A stretch of 32,003 bases of DNA. It comes from an uncultured Clostridia bacterium. Its GTDB lineage: Bacteria > Bacillota > Clostridia > RGIG6154. The number at the start of each line of letters is the position of its first letter. Positions within the stretch are counted from its first letter, which is position 1. A model generated the notes under the pieces. It was not told the DNA's origin, ran no database searches, and was given only the letters and a program-made list of their open reading frames with translations. A program made the position numbers and the translations under genes. Shown here piece by piece: positions 16,326-26,300 of the stretch. The stretch is from NCBI GenBank assembly GCA_944388555.1, contig CALXJH010000128.1, positions 1 through 32,003 of the forward strand, written 5' to 3'.

Positions 16326-19300
16326 GTTTTGTACATTTGCATGTTCACTCAGAATACAGTTTATTAGACGGCGCCTGCCGCGTGACAGAATTAGTGGACT
16401 ATGCCCTTTCCTTAGGTCAAAAAGCTGTTGCTATTACAGATCACGGTGCGATGTTTGCCGCCGTTGATTTTTATAAGTATGCATTACAAAAAGGAATCAA
16501 ACCCATTATCGGATGTGAAGTATATACCGCCATTGGCTCTATGACGGATCAAACCGCCACCGATGAAAGCAGATATGGACATTTGGTTTTGCTTGCTGAA
16601 ACAAACGAAGGCTATCATAACTTAATGAAAATTGTTTCTGAAGGTTATGTAAACGGCTTTTATTATAAACCGCGGGTAGACAAAGCCTGTCTGAAAAAAT
16701 ACGCAAAAGGAATTATTGCGCTTTCTGCTTGTCTTGCGGGAGATATCCCACGTCACTTGCTTGCGGGTGACTACGCCGGTGCTAAAAACGAGGCGCTTTC
16801 TTTTGCAGAAATCTTTGGAAAAAATAACTTTTTCTTAGAGCTGCAAAACCATGGCCTTGCCGAACAGGCAAGCGTTAATGCTTATCTTTTGCGTTTAAGC
16901 AAAGAACTCGATCTTCCCTTGGTTGCAACAAATGACGTACATTATCTCAAACAGGAAGATGCAAAGCTGCAGGATCTTTTAATGTGCATACAAATGGGAA
17001 AAACCATAGACGAACCGAACCGGATGAAGTTTGAAACCGATCAGTTCTTCTTTAAAACGGAAGAACAAATGCGCGCATTATTTCCTGACTTGCCTGAAGC
17101 AATTGAGAATACATGTAAAATTGCCGAACGCTGCTGTGTTGCGCTGGATTTTGAACACCGCCACCTTCCCGACTTTCCCCTGCAGGATAATCTGTCACAT
17201 AGTCATTTTCTTAAAGATTTATGCTTATCCGGGCTGAAAGAGCGGTATCCAGACTATGAAAAGTATGTACCCCAGCTGGAATACGAACTTTCCGTAATTG
17301 AACGAATGGGCTTTGTAGACTACTTTTTAATTGTGTGGGATGTGATTCATTTTGCCAGAACAAAAGGCATTCCTGTAGGTCCGGGCAGAGGATCTGCCGC
17401 CGGAAGCTTGGTGTCTTATTGCTTAAAAATCACCGATATTGATCCGGTAAAATACAATTTGTTTTTTGAGCGTTTTCTGAATCCCGAACGCGTAAGCATG
17501 CCGGATATTGACATGGACTTCTGCTACGTCCGCAGGCAAGAGGTTATTGACTATGTTACTGAAAAGTACGGACATGACCACGTCGCTCAAATTATAACCT
17601 TCGGAACCATGGCTGCACGCGCAGCGCTTCGGGACGTCGGACGTGCCATGGGCTTGCCTTACGGCACAGTAGACGCCATTGCCAAAATGGTTCCTCGTAC
17701 ACTCAACATAACTATGAAAGAAGCGCTTGCTTTAAATCCGGAACTATCCGCTGCCGGGCGGCAAAATCCGCAAATTGCCGATTTGATTCAAATGACGCAA
17801 AAAATTGAAGGAATGCCGCGGCACGCTTCTACACACGCTGCCGGTGTTGTCATTACCGCAAAACCGACAAACGAATATGTACCTTTATACAGAAACCGGG
17901 ATGCCATTACTACCCAATACACCATGACGCGCTTAGAAGAATTGGGATTGTTAAAAATGGATTTTTTAGGATTGCGCACCTTAACCGTTATCGCCGATAC
18001 AATTAAGCTGCTTAAAAGAAAACACATATCCTTAGATATTGAACATATCTCTTTTTCCGACCCACCTGTTTACCGCATGCTTTCAGAAGGTGAAACAGAC
18101 GGCGTTTTTCAGCTTGAAAGCGGCGGAATGCGTCAGTTTATGCGTGAACTGATGCCAAATTCGTTGGAAGACATTATTGCCGGCATTGCGCTTTACCGTC
18201 CCGGTCCCATGGATTCTATTCCAACCTATATCAAAAACAAAAACCATCCTGAAAGCATTACCTATCTGCATCCTGAATTGGAAAAAATTTTAAATGTAAC
18301 CTACGGATGTATTGTATATCAAGAACAAGTTATGCAAATCGTGCAAAAACTTGGCGGTTTCTCTATGGGCGGTGCGGATCAAGTTCGCCGCGCTATGTCC
18401 AAGAAAAAAGGCGATGTCATGGATCAGGCGCGTCAAGACTTTATTTTCGGATCTGCCGAAAAGCATATTGACGGCGCTATTGCCAAAGGCATTCCTGAAA
18501 AAACGGCGGTGGCAATTTTTGACCAGATGATGGATTTTGCTAAATACGCCTTTAATAAATCCCATGCGGCCGCCTATGCCGTTGTTGCCTATCGCACAGC
18601 TTACCTTAAAGCACACTACCCCGTTGAATTTTTTGCTGCGCTTATGTCCAGCTTTTTAGATAATATCAGCAAGATTGCAGAATACATGCAGGTTTGCCGA
18701 AAGAATGGCATTTTGGTAAAAGTTCCGGATGTCAACAGCAGTTTTTCCAGCTTTTCTGTAGAAGATAACGCCATACGATTTGGTCTTGCGGCTATAAAAA
18801 ACGTTGGCCGGACTTTTATATCCGATTTGGTGTCTGAGCGAGAAAAAAACGGTCGGTTTTTAACGTTTTCTGATTTCTGTGTACGTATGACCAAATATCA
18901 GAGTCTGAATAAACGTGCCGTAGAAGGCATGATCAAAAGCGGCGCGTTCGATACCTTAGACCTAAATCGCGCACAGCTTCTGCTCCTATATGAACAAGAA
19001 TTGGAACAAGCAAGCGCAGAAAAAAAATCTACAATTGAAGGCCAGATATCTTTCTTTTCCATGGATGCGGATTTACCACAGCCAAAAACACCGCCGCCCG
19101 ATGTAAAAGAGCTGGATTTATCTATACGTCTTGCGCAGGAAAAAGAATTTATGGGTATTTACATCTCCGGTCATCCGTTAGATCAATTTAAAGAACAGCT
19201 GGCAGGAAAAACCAATGCGGACATCTTAAAAATCAGAGCATCCGCAGAAGATGAAACGGATAAACAAGCATTACACGATGGTGCAAAAATAACCATTGCA

Positions 19301-19762
19301 GGGATCATTGAAGAGATCAAAGTAAAAATAACGCGACGCAATGAGAAGATGGCAATTCTTTCCATCTCAGACGCCTATGGCATGATGGATGTTTTAATCT
19401 TCGCCCGTTTATACGATACATTTTCAGCTGTACTCAATAAAGGAAACGCGATTGTTATCAGCGGCAGACTCAGCATTCAGGAAGAAAAAGAGCCTTCTGT
19501 GGTATGTGAAAACCTCTATTCTGTACAAAATGCACCTATTATTACTAAACTTTATCTAAAAATTACGGAAAATACTGAACAGCAACTGCCGCAAATTCTA
19601 AATGTTTTAAAAGAAAATCACGGCAATATACCCGTTATTCTATATTTTTCGCATATAAATGAAAAAAGAAAAGCTCCGGAAAAATACAATGTACATTTAA
19701 CGGAATCGTTATTTGATGCGCTTTCTTCATTTTTTAATGCGTCAGAAATACGGGTTTTATGA
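16322..19762 (+). CDS. dnaE: DNA polymerase III alpha subunit (DnaE)
   Basis: PHP domain HLHVHSEYSLLDG; GPGRGSAAGS, PDIDMD, KMDFLGL and FNKSHAAAY motifs; OB fold. Confidence 0.98.
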   Translation: MSFVHLHVHSEYSLLDGACRVTELVDYALSLGQKAVAITDHGAMFAAVDFYKYALQKGIKPIIGCEVYTAIGSMTDQTATDESRYGHLVLLAETNEGYHNLMKIVSEGYVNGFYYKPRVDKACLKKYAKGIIALSACLAGDIPRHLLAGDYAGAKNEALSFAEIFGKNNFFLELQNHGLAEQASVNAYLLRLSKELDLPLVATNDVHYLKQEDAKLQDLLMCIQMGKTIDEPNRMKFETDQFFFKTEEQMRALFPDLPEAIENTCKIAERCCVALDFEHRHLPDFPLQDNLSHSHFLKDLCLSGLKERYPDYEKYVPQLEYELSVIERMGFVDYFLIVWDVIHFARTKGIPVGPGRGSAAGSLVSYCLKITDIDPVKYNLFFERFLNPERVSMPDIDMDFCYVRRQEVIDYVTEKYGHDHVAQIITFGTMAARAALRDVGRAMGLPYGTVDAIAKMVPRTLNITMKEALALNPELSAAGRQNPQIADLIQMTQKIEGMPRHASTHAAGVVITAKPTNEYVPLYRNRDAITTQYTMTRLEELGLLKMDFLGLRTLTVIADTIKLLKRKHISLDIEHISFSDPPVYRMLSEGETDGVFQLESGGMRQFMRELMPNSLEDIIAGIALYRPGPMDSIPTYIKNKNHPESITYLHPELEKILNVTYGCIVYQEQVMQIVQKLGGFSMGGADQVRRAMSKKKGDVMDQARQDFIFGSAEKHIDGAIAKGIPEKTAVAIFDQMMDFAKYAFNKSHAAAYAVVAYRTAYLKAHYPVEFFAALMSSFLDNISKIAEYMQVCRKNGILVKVPDVNSSFSSFSVEDNAIRFGLAAIKNVGRTFISDLVSEREKNGRFLTFSDFCVRMTKYQSLNKRAVEGMIKSGAFDTLDLNRAQLLLLYEQELEQASAEKKSTIEGQISFFSMDADLPQPKTPPPDVKELDLSIRLAQEKEFMGIYISGHPLDQFKEQLAGKTNADILKIRASAEDETDKQALHDGAKITIAGIIEEIKVKITRRNEKMAILSISDAYGMMDVLIFARLYDTFSAVLNKGNAIVISGRLSIQEEKEPSVVCENLYSVQNAPIITKLYLKITENTEQQLPQILNVLKENHGNIPVILYFSHINEKRKAPEKYNVHLTESLFDALSSFFNASEIRVL

Positions 19763-19791
19763 ATTAAAATTTATTATGAAAGGCTAAAAAA

Positions 19792-20280
19792 ATGACCGTT
19801 TGTTTTACAGGACATCGTCCGCAGAGCTTTGTTTTTGGCTTTAATGAACAGCATCCTGATTGTATACAAATAAAGCAAGATCTACAGGAAGAAATCCAGC
19901 GCCTGATTGGTGCAGGAACGAACCATTTTTTGTGTGGAATGGCGCAGGGCGTGGATACATGGGCAGCTGAAATCGTTCTATATTTTAAACAAATTTACCC
20001 TAATATTCATTTAACCGCAGTAATTCCCTGTCCGGATCAACCAAAAAAATGGAGTTTGAAAAGTGTTGAGCGATATCATAAGATTCTTGCCGCATGTGAT
20101 CATCAAATCATGATCAGTCCTTTTTATTATAGAGGCTGTATGCATGCACGAAATAAATATATGGTTGACCATGCGGACATTGTATTGGCAATATATAATA
20201 ACGCAGGAAGCGGTGGTACAGCCTCTACCATTCTGTATGCCAAAAAACAAAATAAAACAGTCATCGAGCTTTTGGTTTAA
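19792..20280 (+). CDS. SLOG superfamily protein (DUF1273/YpsA-like)
   Basis: VCFTGHRP, GMAQGVD.WAAE, RNKYMVD and GGTASTI motifs. Confidence 0.88.
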   Translation: MTVCFTGHRPQSFVFGFNEQHPDCIQIKQDLQEEIQRLIGAGTNHFLCGMAQGVDTWAAEIVLYFKQIYPNIHLTAVIPCPDQPKKWSLKSVERYHKILAACDHQIMISPFYYRGCMHARNKYMVDHADIVLAIYNNAGSGGTASTILYAKKQNKTVIELLV

Positions 20281-20311
20281 TTGCAAAACTTTGAAAGGAG
20301 ATGCCCCTAAA

Positions 20312-21673
20312 ATGTTTAAACATTCCACAACCCATGAAGTGGATATGTGTAATGGACCTTTATTTTCTAAGATCGTCGTATTTTTTATACCTGTTATGTT
20401 ATCAAATATATTGCAGCTATTGTATAACGCCGCAGACCAACTGATTGTTGGCAGATTTGCAGGCAGCCGCTATTTAGCAGCTGTCGGAGCAACCGGCTCT
20501 TTAATCAACCTAATCATCTGTCTGCTGATGGGACTATCGGTTGGTACCACTTCGGTTGTATCCAGATACTTTGGCGCGGGCAATCAAAAAAGTTTGTACC
20601 GTTCTGTACATACCTCAATGGCAGTAAGTTTAGTTTGCGGTGTTGTGTTAGGTCTTTTGGGATATTTGTTCTGTAAACCCCTCCTAAGACTTATGGAAAC
20701 ACCGGATAACGTGATTGACCTTGCTACCTTATATATGAAAATCTATTTTGCAGGTCTTCCTGCCGTTGCCGTATATAACTTCGGTTCCGCTATTTTAAGA
20801 GCAGTCGGCGATACAAAACGCCCTATGCTGTTCCTGATTTTATCCGGCATGATCAATATCATCCTTAACTTGGTATTGGTTATTTATTTCCGTCTGAATG
20901 TTGCAGGTGTTGCAATTGCGACAGTTATTTCCCAGCTGATTTCTGCAGTTCTTATAATTATTTGTTTGGTAAGAACCCGAGAAAGCTATCAGCTAATTAT
21001 AAAGCAAATCCGGTTTTATAAAAACGAACTGCTGCAAATGATCCACGTCGGCATTCCGGCAGGTATACAAGGCGCTAGTTTCTCGTTATCGAATGTTTTT
21101 ATACAGTCGGCAATCAATACTTTCGGGGAAAACGCCATGGCCGGCTGCACAGCTGCTGCAAATATTGATAACTTGATTTATCAGGCGCTTAATTCGCTTT
21201 ATCACACCGTTCTCACATTCAGTAGTCAGAATTTTGGTGCGGGAAAGAAAGATCGTATTGTTAAATCTATTTTGTACTGCAGCTCCATTGTAATTGTGCT
21301 GGGCCTGATTATCGGCGGTGTTTGCTATGTACTAAGCCCTGTATTTTTGTCCTTCTTCCTGGACAATACGGAAGCTGCCGCTTTTGGTATGGAAAGATTA
21401 AAGTTAACTTGTCTTACCTATTTTACCTGTGGTTTGATGGAAGTAGGCGCTGGTGCACTGCGCGGCATTAACAAATCTGTCATTTCTATGGTTGGGTCTA
21501 TTGTGGGTGCATGTTTGCTTAGAATTGTCTGGATTTATACCATATTTGCCGCAGATCCTACTATTTATACCCTGTTTTTATCCTACCCGGCAACCTGGAT
21601 TATTACTGCACTCTTCCATTATAGTATGCTGGCTCTGTTCCTTAGGAAAATACCGCAGAGGCGCCTGGCATAA
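20312..21673 (+). CDS. MATE family efflux transporter
   Basis: QLLYNAAD..IVG, LRAVGDTKRP and SQNFGAGK motifs; about 12 hydrophobic segments. RBS AAGGAG supports ATG 20312 rather than 20144. Confidence 0.93.
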   Translation: MFKHSTTHEVDMCNGPLFSKIVVFFIPVMLSNILQLLYNAADQLIVGRFAGSRYLAAVGATGSLINLIICLLMGLSVGTTSVVSRYFGAGNQKSLYRSVHTSMAVSLVCGVVLGLLGYLFCKPLLRLMETPDNVIDLATLYMKIYFAGLPAVAVYNFGSAILRAVGDTKRPMLFLILSGMINIILNLVLVIYFRLNVAGVAIATVISQLISAVLIIICLVRTRESYQLIIKQIRFYKNELLQMIHVGIPAGIQGASFSLSNVFIQSAINTFGENAMAGCTAAANIDNLIYQALNSLYHTVLTFSSQNFGAGKKDRIVKSILYCSSIVIVLGLIIGGVCYVLSPVFLSFFLDNTEAAAFGMERLKLTCLTYFTCGLMEVGAGALRGINKSVISMVGSIVGACLLRIVWIYTIFAADPTIYTLFLSYPATWIITALFHYSMLALFLRKIPQRRLA

Positions 21674-21775
21674 CTTAAACCGCCGCCTCTGTTCCTTATT
21701 ACCAGCAATATTTCTTTACTTGTTGAAAAACCACCTGCATATTACTTAAACCTATAAAAAAGGAGGAATTTGAAT

Positions 21776-22945
21776 ATGAAAAAATATTTATTACATTTTT
21801 TAGCTCTTGTTATTTGTATCGTGAACGTCCAGATCGCAGCTTCTGCTGAACAGGCATACGATACAGAGCAATTACCTTCGTTCACGACATTTCAAGATGT
21901 CCTCCATATCGACGATATAACCGCCATTCAATACGGCGTTATTGTAAACAGCATCACGAAAAAATGCGCCGACATTGACTATGAAGATTTAAGAAAATGG
22001 CTGGACACCTACTGGAACTTTCATTATGACCGCGTTATCGCGCCTATGGAAGCATTCAGTCTGGACGGAGAGTATATTAAATTGTGGAATGAAGATAAGA
22101 GTCAAGCATTTATTGTTTATCCCGGCGGCGGCATTATTGCAGGAAAATACGGAGAGCCATATGAATTAAACGGAGTCGTCAAGCAGAATTATGTTTGGTA
22201 TCTTCCCTATATTGGTAACGCAAGAAACGCATTGAACACGGCGAACGGTACATTAAAATATACCTACATAACCCAAGTAAACGAAATGGAATTTAAAGCG
22301 CAAAACCAAAGAGAATTTACGAAAGACGATGACATAGAAATCCCACAGGCTGATTTGCTCATCACGCATAATGCAAGCTCGTGGGCTGTTGACGAAATTA
22401 AAAAAGCGGCTGCCTGTAATTTAATGGTCTATGATTTATCTGCCAAATATACGCAGCCTATTACAAGGTATGAATTTTGCAGACTGGTATATCGCTTGAT
22501 TGCAACAGAGTTTGAACCAAATACAGATTCAAGACTGGGCATTGAAATGACAATCCGGGATGTATTATCTCAAAGAGGCATTACAGACCGCGTTACATTC
22601 TCTGATTGCTCATATTTGGAGGTTGAATATTTAGCCTCAATGGATATAATCCAAGGAATGGGTGATGGAACGTTTGCACCTGATGCATATATTACCCGTG
22701 AACAAGCCGCAGCACTTTTATACAGAACCGCTGCATTTTTGGGAAACAAAACGCTCGTTGCTCCAACCAATAATGGAATATACGATGACCAAGCTTTCAT
22801 CTCTAATTGGGCATTAGACGCTGTTGCAAGCATGAAAGCCATGGGAATTATGCAAGGTGTTTCAGAAACAGAGTTCGCACCGCAAGATACCTACACCACA
22901 GAACAAGCCATTGCAACCATGTTAAGATTATATGAGTGCAATTAA
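21776..22945 (+). CDS. Secreted protein with an unknown N-terminal domain and C-terminal SLH repeats
   Basis: MKK signal peptide ending AASA; SLH motifs ITRYEF, G.GDGTFAPDAYITREQAA and G....FAPQ..YT.EQA; RBS AGGAGG 9 nt before ATG 21776. Confidence 0.85.
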   Translation: MKKYLLHFLALVICIVNVQIAASAEQAYDTEQLPSFTTFQDVLHIDDITAIQYGVIVNSITKKCADIDYEDLRKWLDTYWNFHYDRVIAPMEAFSLDGEYIKLWNEDKSQAFIVYPGGGIIAGKYGEPYELNGVVKQNYVWYLPYIGNARNALNTANGTLKYTYITQVNEMEFKAQNQREFTKDDDIEIPQADLLITHNASSWAVDEIKKAAACNLMVYDLSAKYTQPITRYEFCRLVYRLIATEFEPNTDSRLGIEMTIRDVLSQRGITDRVTFSDCSYLEVEYLASMDIIQGMGDGTFAPDAYITREQAAALLYRTAAFLGNKTLVAPTNNGIYDDQAFISNWALDAVASMKAMGIMQGVSETEFAPQDTYTTEQAIATMLRLYECN

Positions 22946-23008
22946 AATCGGCATATTTTTGTTTTGTATCTCTGATTTTTGCCAACGAAAATAAACGGAT
23001 AAAACAAA

Positions 23009-23033
23009 AGGCACGAATTTAAAAGTTCGTGCC
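23009..23033. repeat. Left copy of a 25-bp direct repeat (terminator hairpin; probable target-site duplication)
   Basis: AGGCACGAATTTAAAAGTTCGTGCC, 24/25 identical to 23276-23300. Confidence 0.9.
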
Positions 23034-23275
23034 CCGGACTGTCGAAAAAGTCGTTATACCGCAAGATAGACGCTAAAAACAAAATACGCTTCTTTTTTAT
23101 AAACTTTATGTTTTCGCAGTAAATGACGCCGGATTCATCGAGAAACCGGCATCATTGCTTGCTTTTTCCGCAATTGCTCTCTACCGTACCTTTGTACGCC
23201 GACGAAAGCAATTGCGAAAAATCTAACTTTCTTTTTCGTCATCTGCCAGCGTGTCGATGATTGATCGACACGCTG
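23034..23275. mobile_element. 242-bp non-autonomous, hairpin-rich MITE-like element
   Basis: Flanked by the 25-bp direct repeat; imperfect inverted ends sharing TGTCGA/TCGACA; several internal hairpins; no ORF. Confidence 0.65.
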
Positions 23276-23306
23276 AGGCACGAACTTAAAAGTTCGTGCC
23301 TTTTTT
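23276..23306 (+). terminator. Right copy of the repeat; a terminator that keeps the U-tract
   Basis: AGGCACGAACTTAAAAGTTCGTGCC followed by TTTTTT. Confidence 0.85.
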
Positions 23307-23342
23307 GCTGCATTTTCTCAACAGATGAATGAATCTGTTATT

Positions 23343-26300
23343 TTATAAATCCAAAAAGCGTTTGAGCAAAACGGTCGCTTCTGCACGTGTTGCTGTATTT
23401 TTTGGTGCAAGCGTTGTGTCACTCTTGCCTTTCAGCATTCCCATTTTTACCATTTTTTCCATCGCGCTTTTTGCAAAATCAGATATATCGTTATAATCTG
23501 AAAAAGCTGCCGGATTTATCGTTTCATCTACTTTTGCAGAAATATCTATCTGTTTATATGCAATGGCATTATCTAATAACAAAGCAATTTCTTCTCTGGT
23601 TATTGGCTGATTCGGTAAAAATCCGCTTTCTGTCGGCAAAGAGTCTAATAAACCTGCTTTATATCCGCCTGCAACATACCCATAAAACCAATCTGCTGGT
23701 TTAACATCCCCATAAACATCTTCATTCTGATTGGCAATATTTAAAATTCTGTTTAGTATAGTTAAAAATTCTGCGCGTGTTATCGTATCTTCCGGCGCAA
23801 ATATGCCAACATCTTTTCCTTGCACATGTCCTTGCTGTGCCATATATGTAACATCTTCTTTTGCCCAGTGTCCTTCCAAATCAGTAAATACTTTCACATC
23901 CTGTGCAATTTCAATTTCTTCTTTTCTCAGAGCGCCGTCCGACATTCCGCCTTCAACCGGCGTAACAAGCTGTATTTGATCCCCCTGCACGAATTTTACA
24001 GTGGAAGCTCTTGTTGTAATAGTCTGTAAAGGTACATCTTTTAAAATCAGTTTTACATATTCATCTCCCGTTGCTGCAAAATCGTAGCTGCCAGCATCAA
24101 TCCAGATGCCTTCCGTACAATCTTTTTGATTCACAACAAATGTATCGGTTTTGCCATTGTGTACAATTTCATATACTACACTTTCATTCTGATTCACATT
24201 CCAGTATGGACAGTAAATATAAACCTGTACATCTCCGGATGCTTCAAGCAACATATCATATTTTACAAATGCGCGATCATCCTGTCCGGAAATCCACATG
24301 GTATTTGAGCCGTCTTCTTCCGGTCCCTTAACCGATCCACTCCAAGCCCAAGCGCCTCTGAACGAAAAACCGTTGATCGGATCTGTGCCCTCATCCTCAA
24401 TCTCTTCGGCTGACTTAGTAGAATAAGATATCCCCTTTAAATTTTCATCCAGGAAACGTATATTTTTAACGCCCAGGAAATTACTGTTGGTTTGTGCTAA
24501 CGCAGTAAGCGGTTCATCTAAAACATAATTATCTACAAACGAAATATTTTCAGCGCCCTGTAGATCTATAAGCACCGTCTGCTTATCCTCAAATGTATTA
24601 TTGCGTATCAACACATTTTTTGTTCCCACTGACAACGCCATACCACCCGCACGTTTTTCTATATTGAAAGATATAACGCCTAATGTATCCGATCTTTTAG
24701 CCCCTTTTTTAAAGGTATTATTCTGTATAATGAGCTGGTCGGAATATAAACCGTTCGGATATTGGGTTTCATTTAATACTTTTATTTCGTTGGATGTCAC
24801 GCCCTCATAAGTATTATTTTCAATCACGCCTCTATGTGAGCGGGAAACATTTCCATACCGGCGTACATTCTTAAATGTATTATTCCGAATCACAAAATCT
24901 CCCGAAGACATAGAACGATTCCATATCTGCAAGCTATCTAAAATTTTATCTCCTAAATTGGTAAGTTCCGGCAGTTCCTCTTGTACCGTTACCTTATAAT
25001 AAGGCTCTGCTTTTACAGCCGTAGCTACTGTACATTCTTGTATAATTTCACCGGTTGACGGCTCAAACAAAACAAAAGTATCTCCAGGATTCAAAGTGAA
25101 ATAAGCCGGCGTATCTGCGGCAACCAAAATTGTTTTGGTATCTATCTGATCCATAACCGTCATTGGTCTTGTAAACAGAGCAACTGCGTCATCGCCAATA
25201 CCATTTACGGAACAATTCTCAATCCACGGACCAATTTTATTTGCTCTTAAATGGAATCCATCCCCGCCGCCGGCAAACCAATAACCATCCTGAATCTTGG
25301 CATTAAAATCTAAATATACGATCTGACTGCAGTCATTGGCGATATTATGCAATCCGCCATGTACATAACTGTCAAAGTTATAGATGGTTATGTGTTCTGA
25401 AAATTTAAATTCGGTTAGTGTGGGGCTGTTATCTCTGCATAAGTGTATAAATCGATCTCCAACACTAAAATCAGCTGTATGCGCTTTTGATTTTAGCTCT
25501 AAATAATAAATATCCCCTTCTTTTCTATAATTGCCAGTAAAGAAATATGTACCTATCGTTTCAGGTTTCGTTTTTCCATTTTCTTCCGGATCTAATATAA
25601 TGCCCCAGGATGCTAAGAAATATTTGCCCAACGGACCGTCATATGTTGGAAAACCTTCCTCTACCTTTACGCCGACCTCACCTGTATCCGGCTTAACATC
25701 TGCAACTCTTGACTGTATAAACGGAATTTCATCCACGTGTTCTGTGGTTAGATTCATCAAGGACATATTCTTTGCATAATCTGCTACAAATACTCTTGTT
25801 TTCAGTTTATGCAAATATAATGTTGAATCGTTGCAGTTTATATCAATATTTGCGTACCCTTCGTTTGCAAAGTTGAATATCGGTCCTTCTTTGTAAAAAT
25901 GATACTCACCTTGCTCAAGGTTAATTAAAACTCTCTTTCCCTGTTTAGAAAGCTGTTTTGCCTGCGCGACAGCTTCATCTACAATCTGGCTGTAATCTGT
26001 GCCGGCATTATCCGGTTTTACTGTAATGATTTCATCATAGCCGGCAACGGTAAAGGGTACCACGCTGTACGCACCTGCCGCGCCGGAATCCATCTTCGCC
26101 CGTACTCTGAAATAATACTGTCCCGGTTCTAACGGAAAATCAGCAACATAGCGATTTAACGCAGTCACATCCTCATCAATGATCTGATTAAATTCTTGAT
26201 CCTTTGCAATTGCCACATCATAAGATACCGGTTTTTCTAATACTTCAAAAGCTTCTGTGGGTTCTTGCCATAAAAAGCTCGGAAAAGAATTTACTTCTTC

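Noticed and set aside
16322-19762. Intein or error-prone DnaE2 possibility
   Set aside because: Length and motifs fit a standard DnaE; there is no insertion and no imuA/imuB neighbours.
20144-20311. 56-aa N-terminal extension of the MATE ORF
   Set aside because: It overlaps the SLOG gene and has no RBS; a good RBS precedes ATG 20312.
21633-21698. 12-bp direct repeat CTCTGTTCCTTA around the MATE stop codon
   Set aside because: It is short, and partly explained by a CAGAGGCG/CGCCTCTG hairpin spanning the stop; there is no sign of a mobile element.
23009-23300. CRISPR-like palindromic repeats
   Set aside because: There are only two copies, 242 bp apart, with no cas genes; a duplicated terminator explains them.
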